Shown here piece after piece: positions 40,009 to 50,195 of a DNA stretch of 64,000 nt (within the stretch, counting starts at the first letter, position 1; each line of letters starts with the position of its first letter). Source of the DNA: an uncultured Fibrobacterota bacterium (GTDB lineage Bacteria; Fibrobacterota; Chitinivibrionia; Chitinivibrionales; FEN-1185). The position numbers and the translations under genes were made by a program. The notes beneath the pieces are model-generated. The model was not told the DNA's origin and searched no databases. It saw only the letters and a program-made list of their open reading frames with translations. The DNA is taken from NCBI GenBank assembly GCA_963753345.1, contig CAVWBU010000026.1:1-64000 (forward strand). Reading direction: 5' to 3'.

Positions 40009-40452
40009 AACTGATGGTCCATAGGCAATGACAACCCAAAAATATACATGCCCTGTACCTGATGAGTAAATAGTAAGTAGATCAGTTTCTGACTAATAGC
40101 TTCACGCCGGCAGCGACCGGCTCCGCGCTCTTCCCTTTTGAGGCCTTCCACTATGATCCGTATTTTGTCCGCCGTTGATATCATACAACGATAGTATCCA
40201 CGTTAGGCTGATGGAAAACAATAATTTGGTTGATGAAATGACGCAGTATCATCAAATCATTCCGGGTCTTTTTGATGGCCTCGCAATGACGCAGGGAATA
40301 ACGATATCTCCGTCAACCGCAAAACCAAATCTTGGTCTTTCATTTTTTTCTCTGTGCCCTCTGTGTCTCTGTGGTGAATCTTTTTTTTCTTCTTTGTAAT
40401 GGGCATTGTCCTTTAGAGTTGATAACATCACCGCAACAGATATATTTTACTA

Positions 40453-40468
40453 CTACTATATATTGTAG
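40453..40468. promoter_or_regulatory. NrdR box upstream of nrdR
   Basis: CTACTATATATTGTAG matches the palindromic core CwAtATaTwG of the NrdR-box consensus. Confidence 0.65.
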
Positions 40469-40551
40469 CGGAAATGCTAAACTTATACCATAAGGCCTAC
40501 GGCTCTCAATTTTATCGGTAAAACTGCACCACCAACCCAAGGAGTGAGGCG

Positions 40552-41037
40552 ATGAAATGCCCCTACTGCGGACACGAAGAGGACAAGGTGGTCGATTCCC
40601 GTTCGAGCAAAGAGGGACAGGCGGTGCGGCGGCGCAGGGAATGCCTGAAGTGTGAAAAGAGGTTTACGACATACGAATACATTGAAACGGTGCCGCTCAC
40701 CATCATCAAGAACGACCAGCGCAGGGAGCCGTACGACCGCCAGAAGCTGATGCACGGGATAACGTCGGCGTGCAACAAGCGGCCGATAAGCACCGACAAG
40801 ATCGAGGCGCTTGTTGACAGAATAGAAAACCAGATCCAGAAGCTGTCCAAGACCGAAATTCCCAGCAAGGAAATCGGCGGGCTCGTGATGAACGAACTGT
40901 ACCAGATGGACGACGTGGCCTACGTGCGGTTCGCGTCGGTGTACCGAAAGTTCAAGGACAAGGGCGAATTCATCACCGAGGTGAAGGAACTGGCCGCAAA
41001 GGGCGACACGCAACACACCCGGGAGAGAAGCAGGTAG
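40552..41037 (+). CDS. nrdR: Transcriptional repressor NrdR
   Basis: MKCPYC..VVDSR..RRRRECLKC..RFTTYE, ATP cone, AYVRFASVY. Confidence 0.98.
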   Translation: MKCPYCGHEEDKVVDSRSSKEGQAVRRRRECLKCEKRFTTYEYIETVPLTIIKNDQRREPYDRQKLMHGITSACNKRPISTDKIEALVDRIENQIQKLSKTEIPSKEIGGLVMNELYQMDDVAYVRFASVYRKFKDKGEFITEVKELAAKGDTQHTRERSR

Positions 41038-41078
41038 CCTGTGCGGGCGGAGCCCGCGGGGCCCCGCCGCGGCGAGAA

Positions 41079-41294
41079 CTAATCGAGCCTGATCACGCTT
41101 CCCGACGAATTTGCTTCGTCGAAAAAGTCTTCCTTGAAATAGAAGAACCCCTGATCGTCGTCCGAATAGAATTCGGACGCTTCTTCGGAGAAAAACGATT
41201 TCAGCGCGGAATCCTGGTCCTGACTTTCGACGATGCGGTGCCTGAGATTGTTTGCCCTTGCAGGCACGATAAAGGCAATTGAAAACTTGGCCAT
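41079..41294 (-). CDS. Small acidic hypothetical protein (71 aa)
   Basis: GGAGG RBS, MAKFSIAFIVP...YFKEDFFD; fills the gap between convergent/divergent genes. Confidence 0.65.
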   Translation of the reverse strand: MAKFSIAFIVPARANNLRHRIVESQDQDSALKSFFSEEASEFYSDDDQGFFYFKEDFFDEANSSGSVIRLD

Positions 41295-41372
41295 ACGAAC
41301 GATAACCTCCAGACCTTTCGAAAAGCTGTCACGCAATACAACCCGTGGCTGTTCCTAAAAATAGGTTTTGAA

Positions 41373-42974
41373 ATGATGCAAGAAAATAAAAATAGCAAAA
41401 ACCGTGCAAAAATTTGCAGTTGCGTACCTGCCGCTGTAGGATCCGAATGCTGCGGACGCGGCGCGCTGGAGTGGGGAAATCCCGTGGTTCGAGCCGTGCG
41501 GTGCGGTATTCTGCTCTGTGCCCTTGCATTCGCTGCCGCCTCTGCGCAGCAGTCGGAGGCTCCGGCAGCAAGGCGCGCCGTGGATTCGGCGCAGGCCGGA
41601 GTTGCCGCGCAACGGCTTGAGGCGCTGCTTTCCGGCAGCAGATTTCCTGCGGAAAACGTGGCGCTGATCGTAAAAGACCTCGATCGCGATTCCGTGGTTG
41701 CGACGCTCAATGCAGATTCAATGCGCAATCCCGCTTCGGTGTCAAAGCTTCTCACCACTGCGATAGCTTTTGAAAAACTCGGTACCAACTATTCATTTAC
41801 CACACTGGTGTACACTGACAGGCCCGTTCCCGCAGACTCCGGCGTTGAAAGGGGAAACCTGTATATCCGGGGAGGTGCAGACCCCTATTTCGTGGTGGAG
41901 AGGATGTGGCTGTTTGTCCAGCACCTCGCATGCATCGGGCTTCGGTCCATAGACGGCGACATAGTGCTCGATGATACGTTTCTTGATTCTGTGTCGGTCG
42001 GGCCGGGTTTCGACGAGGACGATTCCAATCGTCCCTACGAGGCGCCGGTGGATGCCGTGAGCGCGAACTTTAACTGCGAAAGCATCTGGATGCGGCCGGG
42101 CGCCGTCGTTGGTCTCCCGGTGCTCGTCGACATCCTTCCCAAGTCGGGCCTTGTGAAAGTCACCGTGACTGCCAGGACCGTTGCAGCCGGCAAGCAGAAC
42201 ACCTGCATTGCGTCAACGCAGAAGGACGGGAGCAGGACACTGGTGACGGTTTCGGGTTCCATGCCCATCGATGCGGCACCGGCTCTTTCGTACAAGAAGG
42301 TCTGGCAGACATGGGAGTACTTCGGCGACATCTTGGTGCGGCTTCTTGGTGAGAGCAAGATCAGGTTCAGCGGCTCGGTAAGGCGCGGGGTGGTGCCGGA
42401 TTCCGTGAAGGCGCGGGGGCCGTTCTACACGTTTCCGTCGGTGCCGCTGTACCAGGCCGTGAATTCCATGATGAAGGTGTCGAACAACTACATGGCCGAG
42501 ATGCTCTTCAAGACCTTGAGCGCAAAGCAGGACTCGGTTGCCGGGACCTGGGACAAGTCGGCCGCGCTGGTGCAATCGTGGTGGAAGGAAAAGAAGCTGC
42601 CGGGCGCCCCTCGGATCAGGAACGGGTCGGGCATGGGCGACAGCAACCGCATGAGCGCGCGCCAGATCGTTGAATTGCTGCGCTGGGTGTGGCACCAGAA
42701 AAGTTTTTTTCCCGAATACGTGTATTCGCTGCCGTCGGCAGGGGTTGACGGAACGGTAAAGTCCCGGTTCAAGAATTCAAGGCTCAAGGGGATTTTGCGG
42801 GCGAAAACCGGCACCCTCAACGATTACGGCGTGAGCTCCATGGCGGGCTATGCATTCGTTGGGAACAGGACGTTCGCCTTTGCTATGATTTTCTCCAGCG
42901 GTTCCAGGGCACGACAGTACAGCACATGGGAGATGCAGCAGAGGATTTTGGAGATGGTGATTCCGGAGAAGTGA
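41373..42974 (+). CDS. dacB: D-Ala-D-Ala carboxypeptidase/endopeptidase (peptidase S13, PBP4); true start probably downstream
   Basis: PASVSK (SxxK), GGADP, SNN, GSG, AKTGTL. Confidence 0.92.
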   Translation: MMQENKNSKNRAKICSCVPAAVGSECCGRGALEWGNPVVRAVRCGILLCALAFAAASAQQSEAPAARRAVDSAQAGVAAQRLEALLSGSRFPAENVALIVKDLDRDSVVATLNADSMRNPASVSKLLTTAIAFEKLGTNYSFTTLVYTDRPVPADSGVERGNLYIRGGADPYFVVERMWLFVQHLACIGLRSIDGDIVLDDTFLDSVSVGPGFDEDDSNRPYEAPVDAVSANFNCESIWMRPGAVVGLPVLVDILPKSGLVKVTVTARTVAAGKQNTCIASTQKDGSRTLVTVSGSMPIDAAPALSYKKVWQTWEYFGDILVRLLGESKIRFSGSVRRGVVPDSVKARGPFYTFPSVPLYQAVNSMMKVSNNYMAEMLFKTLSAKQDSVAGTWDKSAALVQSWWKEKKLPGAPRIRNGSGMGDSNRMSARQIVELLRWVWHQKSFFPEYVYSLPSAGVDGTVKSRFKNSRLKGILRAKTGTLNDYGVSSMAGYAFVGNRTFAFAMIFSSGSRARQYSTWEMQQRILEMVIPEK

Positions 42975-43000
42975 TTTTAAAGACACGGAAGTGAAAAATT

Positions 43001-43143
43001 GGGCGCCCCGCCGCTTTGCGGCGGCGGCCCTCCCTCCGGTCTCGGCCTTCAGCCTCGGGCTGCCTGCCACAAGGGCCCTGCGGGCCGTGGTCAGGCAGCA
43101 CCGCGCTTTGGCGCGGCCTCCAGTCCTGCCTGGCGCGTGGCAG
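43001..43143 (+). repeat. Structured repeat family I, copy B
   Basis: Aligns end to end with copy A. Confidence 0.8.
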
Positions 43144-43251
43144 CGGAATCTTTCACAATTTCATCAAGATTGATAAACAAGAATTTGCCTCTGCTATTTC
43201 CTGAGAATTCAGATCGCGCAAGTACTACGACTTGACTAAATAGACCTTGGT

Positions 43252-43420
43252 TGCCGCGCGTTAGGTGGACCGAAGGGTGAGCTGGAGCGAATTGCCGCCT
43301 GATCCCTCGCCGAAGGCGGTTGGGACAGGCGGCAACGAGGCGAACAGCCGAGCCCGGAGGGAGACCGACCCCATTTGTAGAAGCGCAAAATCCTGCGCCT
43401 CTACAAATGGGGGAACGCCC
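43252..43420 (-). repeat. Structured repeat family I, copy D (inverted relative to B)
   Basis: Reverse complement GGGCGTT-long hairpin-TCGGTCTCCCTCCGGGCTCGGC...CCTAACGCGCGGCA. Confidence 0.8.
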
Positions 43421-43575
43421 AAGTCCTGATTTTTAAGACAATTCCTTACCCGCCATATTCAAATAAATCAGCCACCTGCACGAATTTACTTAGATGGCCA
43501 AAAGTATTTTCTAGGGTTGAAACAACTATATGGATACAACAGTCCAACCCTAGGACAAAAAGGGACAAGAATATT

Positions 43576-46017
43576 ATGGTCAACGGAATGTTCACCGACC
43601 GCGTCAAGAAGGTGATGCAGATCGCCCGCGAAGAGGCGGTGCGGCTCGGCAACGATTATGTGGGGACCGAGCACCTTCTGCTCGGCCTCATCAAGGAAGG
43701 GGACGGCGTGGCCGTTGCCGTGCTGCGGAGCATGAGCGTGGACCTCGACGAGCTCGCCGCGAACATCGAAAAAGCGATCACTTCAACCGGCGGCATGATG
43801 ACCATCGGCCAGATGCTGCCTTTTACGCCGCGGGCGAAGAAAGTGCTCGAAATTGCCGCCAACGAAGCCCGCTCAATGTCGCACAAGTACATCGGCACCG
43901 AGCACCTGCTGCTGGCGCTTATGAAAGACACCGAATCGACCGCGTCCAACGCGCTCGCCTCCGCCGGCCTTGAATACGACCGCGTCAAGGAGGAGATAAG
44001 CAGGGTTCTCCGGGGCGGGGAGAGCGTGGGCGCCCCCAAGGAAAAAAGCAAGACGCCGTTCCTCGACCATTTCGGCAGGGACCTCACCGGTCTTGCCCGC
44101 GAGGGAAAGCTCGACCCCGTTATCGGCAGGGAAAAGGAAATAGAGCGCGTGGTCCAGATCCTGAGCCGGCGCAAGAAGAACAACCCGGTGCTCATCGGCG
44201 AACCCGGCATCGGCAAGACCGCCATCGTGGAAGGCCTGGCCCAGAAGATCTTTGACAAAAGCATACCGCAGGTGCTCGAGAACAAGCGCGTGATCAACCT
44301 CGATATGGCCTCCATCGTTGCGGGCACCAAGTACCGCGGCCAGTTCGAGGAGCGGCTGAAAGCCCTTATGGTGGAACTGCAGAAAAACGAGAACGTCATC
44401 ATTTTCATCGACGAGCTGCACACAATCGTGGGCGCGGGCGGCTCCGAGGGCAGCCTCGACGCCTCCAACATCTTCAAGCCCGCGCTGTCGCGGGGGGAAA
44501 TCCAGTGCGTGGGCGCCACCACGCTTGACGAATACAGAAAGTACATCGAAAAGGACGGCGCGCTCGCCCGGCGCTTTCAGACTATCATGGTGGACCCCCC
44601 GAACACGGCCGAGACGGTCCAGATCCTCATGGGCCTGCGTCACCGGTACGAGGACCACCACAAGGTGACGTATTCCGATAAAGCAATCGAAGTCGCCGTC
44701 AAGCTGGCCGAGCGCTACATTTCGGACCGGTTCCATCCCGACAAGGCCATCGACGTCATCGACGAGGCGGGCGCGCGCAAGCGGCTCTCCAGCATGGAGA
44801 TCCCGCCCGAGATCCGGCAGATGGAGCTTGAGATCAACGACGTGATCAAGGAAAAGGAAAAATCCGTTGAGCACCAGGAATTCGAGAAGGCCGCCAAGCT
44901 CCGCGACAAACAGGAAAAGCTCAAGGAGACACTCCTCGAAAAGAAAGCGCTGTGGCGCAAGTCGAAGTCCGAGGAGCGGCTCCTGGTTGACGAGGCCACC
45001 ATCATCGAGGTGATTTCCACCATGACCGGCATCCCGCTGTCGCGGCTCGAGGAGGAGGAGTCGAAAAAGCTGCTCCACCTCGAAGACGAGCTGCGCAAGC
45101 GCGTGATCGGGCAGGACAAGGCGCTGGAGGCCGTGGCAAAGAGCATCCGGCGCTCGCGCGCGGGCCTGCACAATGCGCGGCGTCCCATTGCGTCGTTTAT
45201 CTTTCTGGGTCCCACGGGCGTGGGCAAGACCGAACTGGCAAAGGCGCTGGCCGAGAACCTGTTCAACTCCGATGACGCGCTCGTAAGAATTGACATGTCG
45301 GAGTACATGGAGAAGTTCGCCGTGTCGAGGCTGGTGGGCGCGCCCCCCGGCTACGTGGGGTACGAAGAGGGCGGGCAGCTGAGCGAGAAGATACGCAAGA
45401 AGCCGTATGCGGTCATTCTTCTTGACGAAATAGAAAAGGCGCATCCCGACGTGTTCAACATCCTGCTGCAGATCCTCGACGACGGCCTGCTCACCGATTC
45501 GTACGGCCGCCATGTTAATTTCAAGAACACCATCATCATCATGACCAGCAACGCCGGCTCGCGCGACGTGCGCAAAACCGGCAGCCTGGGGTTCGGCAAG
45601 AGCACCGACGTGTCCGACTACGAGTCCATGAAGTCGAAGGTGATGGACGAGCTCAAGCGCATCTTCAATCCGGAGTTCCTCAACCGCGTCGACGAAACCA
45701 TCGTGTTCAATCCGCTTGGCAAAGAGGAAATCGCCAAGATCGTGGAGATCCAGCTCGCCGAGGTGCAGGAGAAGCTTGTCGAGCGCACCGTGACGCTCAG
45801 GGTGAGCGAGTCGGCCAAGGCGTTCATCCTCGACCACGGTTTCGACCCGATTCTGGGCGCGCGCCCCATGCGCCGCTCCATCCAGAAGCTCGTGGAAGAC
45901 AGGCTCGCCGAGGAGTTTCTCAACAACAGGTTCGCCGACGGAGACACGATCCTCATAGAAGCCGGCAACGACCAGCTCGAGTTTTCCAAGGCCGCTCCGG
46001 ACCATGAAACCACGTAG
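43576..46017 (+). CDS. clpC: ATP-dependent Clp protease ATP-binding subunit ClpC
   Basis: Two Clp-N repeats (GTEHLLL), GEPGIGKT, UVR coil EFEKAAKLRD, GPTGVGKT, GAPPGYVGY. Confidence 0.96.
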   Translation: MVNGMFTDRVKKVMQIAREEAVRLGNDYVGTEHLLLGLIKEGDGVAVAVLRSMSVDLDELAANIEKAITSTGGMMTIGQMLPFTPRAKKVLEIAANEARSMSHKYIGTEHLLLALMKDTESTASNALASAGLEYDRVKEEISRVLRGGESVGAPKEKSKTPFLDHFGRDLTGLAREGKLDPVIGREKEIERVVQILSRRKKNNPVLIGEPGIGKTAIVEGLAQKIFDKSIPQVLENKRVINLDMASIVAGTKYRGQFEERLKALMVELQKNENVIIFIDELHTIVGAGGSEGSLDASNIFKPALSRGEIQCVGATTLDEYRKYIEKDGALARRFQTIMVDPPNTAETVQILMGLRHRYEDHHKVTYSDKAIEVAVKLAERYISDRFHPDKAIDVIDEAGARKRLSSMEIPPEIRQMELEINDVIKEKEKSVEHQEFEKAAKLRDKQEKLKETLLEKKALWRKSKSEERLLVDEATIIEVISTMTGIPLSRLEEEESKKLLHLEDELRKRVIGQDKALEAVAKSIRRSRAGLHNARRPIASFIFLGPTGVGKTELAKALAENLFNSDDALVRIDMSEYMEKFAVSRLVGAPPGYVGYEEGGQLSEKIRKKPYAVILLDEIEKAHPDVFNILLQILDDGLLTDSYGRHVNFKNTIIIMTSNAGSRDVRKTGSLGFGKSTDVSDYESMKSKVMDELKRIFNPEFLNRVDETIVFNPLGKEEIAKIVEIQLAEVQEKLVERTVTLRVSESAKAFILDHGFDPILGARPMRRSIQKLVEDRLAEEFLNNRFADGDTILIEAGNDQLEFSKAAPDHETT

Positions 46018-49000
46018 GTGGGTTATTGTCGTTTTCGCATGCCTTCTCGCCGCGGCCGCCGGGACGGTGGTCGGGGTCCGGCACCTCGAAAAGAGCAGGA
46101 ACATCGAGCGCGTCCTTGTCCAACGGCTGTCGGCGGCGACCGGAGGAGAGTTTTCGGTGGGGCGCGTGCGCCTCGGTTTTTTTTCCGTCTTCCTCGAGAA
46201 CATTTCCGCCTCGCTCCAGACCAATTCCCTTAACGCAAGCGTGCGCGACATCGAGGTCGCCTTCTCCTTGTGGAAGCTCATAACAACGCGGGGCGATTTC
46301 GGCAAAAGCATATCAAAGATCATCCTCTTTTCGCCCGCGCTTGAAATCCGGCTCGCGCAGGCGCCTTTCCCCGCGCAGGGGCCGACTCTTTCCAAAGGGG
46401 AAGGCGTCACGATGCTGTCGGCGTTCAGGAATTTCCCGGTGCAATACCTGCTTGTGCGCAAGGGAACGGTGTCGCTCAGGACCGGCAAGGCCGGCGCCGT
46501 GGTCCTGGGCGAGGACCTTTCAGGACGCGTGTGGGACGAGGACCGCGCCGTGATGCTCGAGGTGAAGGGGACTATTGCATCGAACCGCAAGAACCTTTTC
46601 GTGTCGGCCGTGTTTTCCAAGACAGGGTCCCGCCACCGCGTGTCGCTCCGGATCGACAGGGTCCCCATCCAGCGCCCCATAGACCTCCATGCGGCAAAGG
46701 TGACCGCGGGAACCCTCGACGGCGTGTTCGAGTTTTCGTTTCCCGACTCGGTGACCGCCCGGACCTTCGAGTCGAGCGGCTGGCTCCACATTTCCCGGGG
46801 AACCTGTTCCGTTGCCGGGTACGATGCTCCCATTACGTCAATAGGACTTTCGGCGGCGCTTGCCAATACCACGGTGCGCGTCGATTCCTTTTCCTGCGAA
46901 ACCCGCGGGATCCTCCTTTCGGCCAAAGGTGCATGGGATGTTGCCGGAGCGGACACCGGCCAGAGCGCCATGGTGGTGCGCGCGGCGGGAATCCGACCCG
47001 AAGCGGTTTTCGGGCTGCCGAAATCGTTTGCAAAGAACCTTTCCGGAACGGTGTGGGCGGAGGCACGGTTCACAAAGGGGAATGGCGGGACGCAGACAAG
47101 GTTTTCCGTCACGGCCGGAGGGCTCAGCGTGTTTGAATTTCCCGTTTCGGCGGTGGAATGCCGGGGCTGGTTCGACGCCACGCAGGCGACAGCCGATACA
47201 CTGCTTTTGCGCGGTCCTGCGCTCAGGCTCGCGGCTTCCGGCATTGCGACGTACGAAAAAAAACCGGTGGCGTATTCGGTGATGTTTTCCGCGGCGCTCG
47301 ACTCGATAAGGAGCCTGCCGGCACTGCACGGCGCCATCGCCGTGGCGGGCACGGTGCGCGGCCTCGGCGCCGACTACTACGTCGATGGGGTTGCCGGCAG
47401 CCGGTCCCTTTCGTGGAGCGGAATCCGGCTCGGCGCCCCTGACGTGCGATTTACAAAAGCGAACGGAAAGGGCCTTTCGTTTTCGACGCTTCCCTCGAAC
47501 GGCGCCTATGGTTCCGCCGAGGGAATCATCGACAGCATCGACGCCGGCAGGCCGCTGGCAGCATGCAACCTTGCCGCGGGCCCGCGGCTTCTGGAAGAAC
47601 TGGTCGCCGAGGCAAGCCCCGGCCTGGCGCACGACATGGATTCGGCGTGGGCAGCGGTGTCCTTCAAGGGCACGGCCCGGGCCTTCGGCGCCCGCGGGCA
47701 GGCGGGAATCCGGCTCCGGCCGGCCGGCGCCTTTCCCGCGCTGCGGGGCGGTGTGGAAGTTGTGCTGGACAAAACGGAAAACGACAGGGCGATCCGCTGG
47801 CAGGTTTCCCAGAAAGGTCTTGCCGTTTCCGACAGTCTGGTTCCGCTGCGGGGCCAGGGAAGGTTGTGGGAGGATTCGCTGTCAATCGATTCGGCGGTGG
47901 CGCTCTCCGTTGTCCGCGGAAACGGCACGGTGCGCTTCGAAGGCGCAGCCTCGGATTTCTCGCTGCGGTGCCCCGGCCTGCCCGTACCGGCGCTGAGCAG
48001 GCTGTTCTTCAAAGGTAAATTTCCCCTTTCGGACGGCACTTTTTCCGGGACCTGCCGCTTTTCCGCTGCAGGCGGGGGCAGTGTCCGCACCGACTGCGAC
48101 CTGCACCTGAGGGGCGGCGTCATGGGCCCGTACACCGGCGTGGAGACGGATGCGATCGTGCAAACCAGGGACAACGCGCTCACCGTCCTTCCGCTCGTGG
48201 TGCGTCAGAACGGCGTTGCGCTCATTGCCGTTGACACGGTGACCGCCGGCAAAGGGGGCCTCCGGTTTTCGGGCGCGCTCAAAGAGGTGGAGGCGTCGGC
48301 CCTGCTTTCGCCGCTGTTGCCCGAGGACTTCAGGAGCGGACACGAGATCAAGGGGACCGTGTCGTGCGAGTTTTCGTCGACGACGGATGGCGCCGCAAAT
48401 GTAACCCTGCGCTCGGGCAGGATCTCGCTTGACTCATGGCAAATCGACCGCGTGAAGGCGGCTGCCGTAATTGACGGAAAGGGAATTCTGGTGCGGTTGT
48501 TTTCGGCGGAGGACTCGCTTCGGTCGAAGCTCACCGCCTCGGGATTCTTCCCCTGGTCGGTGATGACCGAATCGGAAAACGACGGCGACACGCTCGAGGC
48601 GCAGGCAATGGTGAGCGGCGATCTCCTCTCTTCGTTCGGGCGCAACGCGGCGGTTCCCCTGTACCTGCCGGTCTCCGGCAGCGGCGCGGGGACCATCGAG
48701 GTTGCCCTGAAAGGGACCCGCGATAACATGCGCCTCACCAAAGCTCTTGTCCAGATTCCGCACGGGGTCCTGCGGGCAAAACCGTACGTGCCGGAGGAAA
48801 TCCGGGATTTTTCCCTGCGCATGACCCTGGACAACGCAGGTCCCGCGGCCGAGGACTCGGAGGAAGACAATGCGTTCGGCACCGCAAGAATCACCACCGT
48901 GGTGACCGGCATTGTAGGCCGCAGGCCCATCCGCATCCATTCCACGCACGATATTCCCGCCGGCTTCGAGCCCATCACGCTCGGGTTCCTCGATCTCGGC

Positions 49001-50188
49001 GCCCTGCTCTTCAGCACCCCGAAGCGGGGGATCGACGTTCACGTGCCAGGCCTCATGGAAATCGGGGCGCCGGGCGACGTTGAATTCGGCCCCAAGGCGC
49101 CCTTTCCGGAATTCGCGCTGTCGGGACCCGTCGACCGTCTGTGCATCACGGGCACGTGGGTGATGCGCTCGATGGACATCACGTTTCCACCGCTTGACAA
49201 CGTGGAAACGCACGTGCCGTTCGACCCGTTTCCTTACATCACCTGGAACCTCGACCTGCGCGCCGGCAACCGCAAGGTGATGTACTACTACGATGCCGGC
49301 AAGAACAGGAAGCTGATGCGTTTCGTGGAGTGTTACATAGACCCGACGTCGGTATTATCGATGCGGGGCCGCGTTCTCGACAATTCGTTCAAGATCCTCG
49401 GCGCGCTCCGGTCAAATTCCGGCTCGGTTTTCTTCGCGCGGACCTTCGACAGAAACGTGGACGTGGGGCTCGATTTCGTGCCGCAGCCGCTCGGCGCGGG
49501 AAAAGGCTACGACAACATGCCCATCATCTGGGGGAGCGCGGAGGCCATGTCCGACACGAGCAGGTTCGACCGCGTCAAGCTCACCCTCATCGTGCGCGAT
49601 TCGGTGACGGGGGCGTGGTCGGAGCACGGCAGGTTCTACGACATCCATTTCCGCGCGGGCTCCGACATCGAAAACATCCCCGGTGAATCAGAGAAGCAGT
49701 TTGTGAGCGACCAGGGGAGCAAGTACGGTTCCGTCGGCGGCGCAGGCCAGTTCATGTCGTCGGTCGGCGAGCAGTATCTGCACCATGTTTTGCTCCAGAA
49801 TCTGGAACACCGCCTCGCCCGCACGCTGGGGCTCGACGTGATTAACGTTGAAACGTCCATTGCGTCGAATTATTTTAATAAGCTTTACGCGCACCAATTC
49901 GACTGGAACAAATGGGATTACCTCACGTTCGCGAACGTCGGCGTCACGGTAGGGCGGTACGTATTATACGACAAGGTCTTCCTCAAGTGGCGGACGGAAC
50001 TGGTGCCCATCGACACGGTTCTGAGGCCGCAGTACGACTTCGGGTTTGAGTTCCAACCGCTGCAACCGATTCTCCTGGACGTCAATTACGGTGTTTACAA
50101 GGGAGACAAGTCGCTTGAGGCCAACCCCACGGTGTATCTGTGGCTGCAGTTGCCCATCAAAAACGTGCGGAAACTGTTCGACTTCTAG
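46004..50188 (+). CDS. Large AsmA/TamB-like envelope protein
   Basis: N-terminal TM anchor, long beta-rich body, C-terminal VTVGRY, directly upstream of bamA. Confidence 0.6.
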   Translation: MKPRRWVIVVFACLLAAAAGTVVGVRHLEKSRNIERVLVQRLSAATGGEFSVGRVRLGFFSVFLENISASLQTNSLNASVRDIEVAFSLWKLITTRGDFGKSISKIILFSPALEIRLAQAPFPAQGPTLSKGEGVTMLSAFRNFPVQYLLVRKGTVSLRTGKAGAVVLGEDLSGRVWDEDRAVMLEVKGTIASNRKNLFVSAVFSKTGSRHRVSLRIDRVPIQRPIDLHAAKVTAGTLDGVFEFSFPDSVTARTFESSGWLHISRGTCSVAGYDAPITSIGLSAALANTTVRVDSFSCETRGILLSAKGAWDVAGADTGQSAMVVRAAGIRPEAVFGLPKSFAKNLSGTVWAEARFTKGNGGTQTRFSVTAGGLSVFEFPVSAVECRGWFDATQATADTLLLRGPALRLAASGIATYEKKPVAYSVMFSAALDSIRSLPALHGAIAVAGTVRGLGADYYVDGVAGSRSLSWSGIRLGAPDVRFTKANGKGLSFSTLPSNGAYGSAEGIIDSIDAGRPLAACNLAAGPRLLEELVAEASPGLAHDMDSAWAAVSFKGTARAFGARGQAGIRLRPAGAFPALRGGVEVVLDKTENDRAIRWQVSQKGLAVSDSLVPLRGQGRLWEDSLSIDSAVALSVVRGNGTVRFEGAASDFSLRCPGLPVPALSRLFFKGKFPLSDGTFSGTCRFSAAGGGSVRTDCDLHLRGGVMGPYTGVETDAIVQTRDNALTVLPLVVRQNGVALIAVDTVTAGKGGLRFSGALKEVEASALLSPLLPEDFRSGHEIKGTVSCEFSSTTDGAANVTLRSGRISLDSWQIDRVKAAAVIDGKGILVRLFSAEDSLRSKLTASGFFPWSVMTESENDGDTLEAQAMVSGDLLSSFGRNAAVPLYLPVSGSGAGTIEVALKGTRDNMRLTKALVQIPHGVLRAKPYVPEEIRDFSLRMTLDNAGPAAEDSEEDNAFGTARITTVVTGIVGRRPIRIHSTHDIPAGFEPITLGFLDLGALLFSTPKRGIDVHVPGLMEIGAPGDVEFGPKAPFPEFALSGPVDRLCITGTWVMRSMDITFPPLDNVETHVPFDPFPYITWNLDLRAGNRKVMYYYDAGKNRKLMRFVECYIDPTSVLSMRGRVLDNSFKILGALRSNSGSVFFARTFDRNVDVGLDFVPQPLGAGKGYDNMPIIWGSAEAMSDTSRFDRVKLTLIVRDSVTGAWSEHGRFYDIHFRAGSDIENIPGESEKQFVSDQGSKYGSVGGAGQFMSSVGEQYLHHVLLQNLEHRLARTLGLDVINVETSIASNYFNKLYAHQFDWNKWDYLTFANVGVTVGRYVLYDKVFLKWRTELVPIDTVLRPQYDFGFEFQPLQPILLDVNYGVYKGDKSLEANPTVYLWLQLPIKNVRKLFDF

Positions 50189-50195
50189 GAACTTC

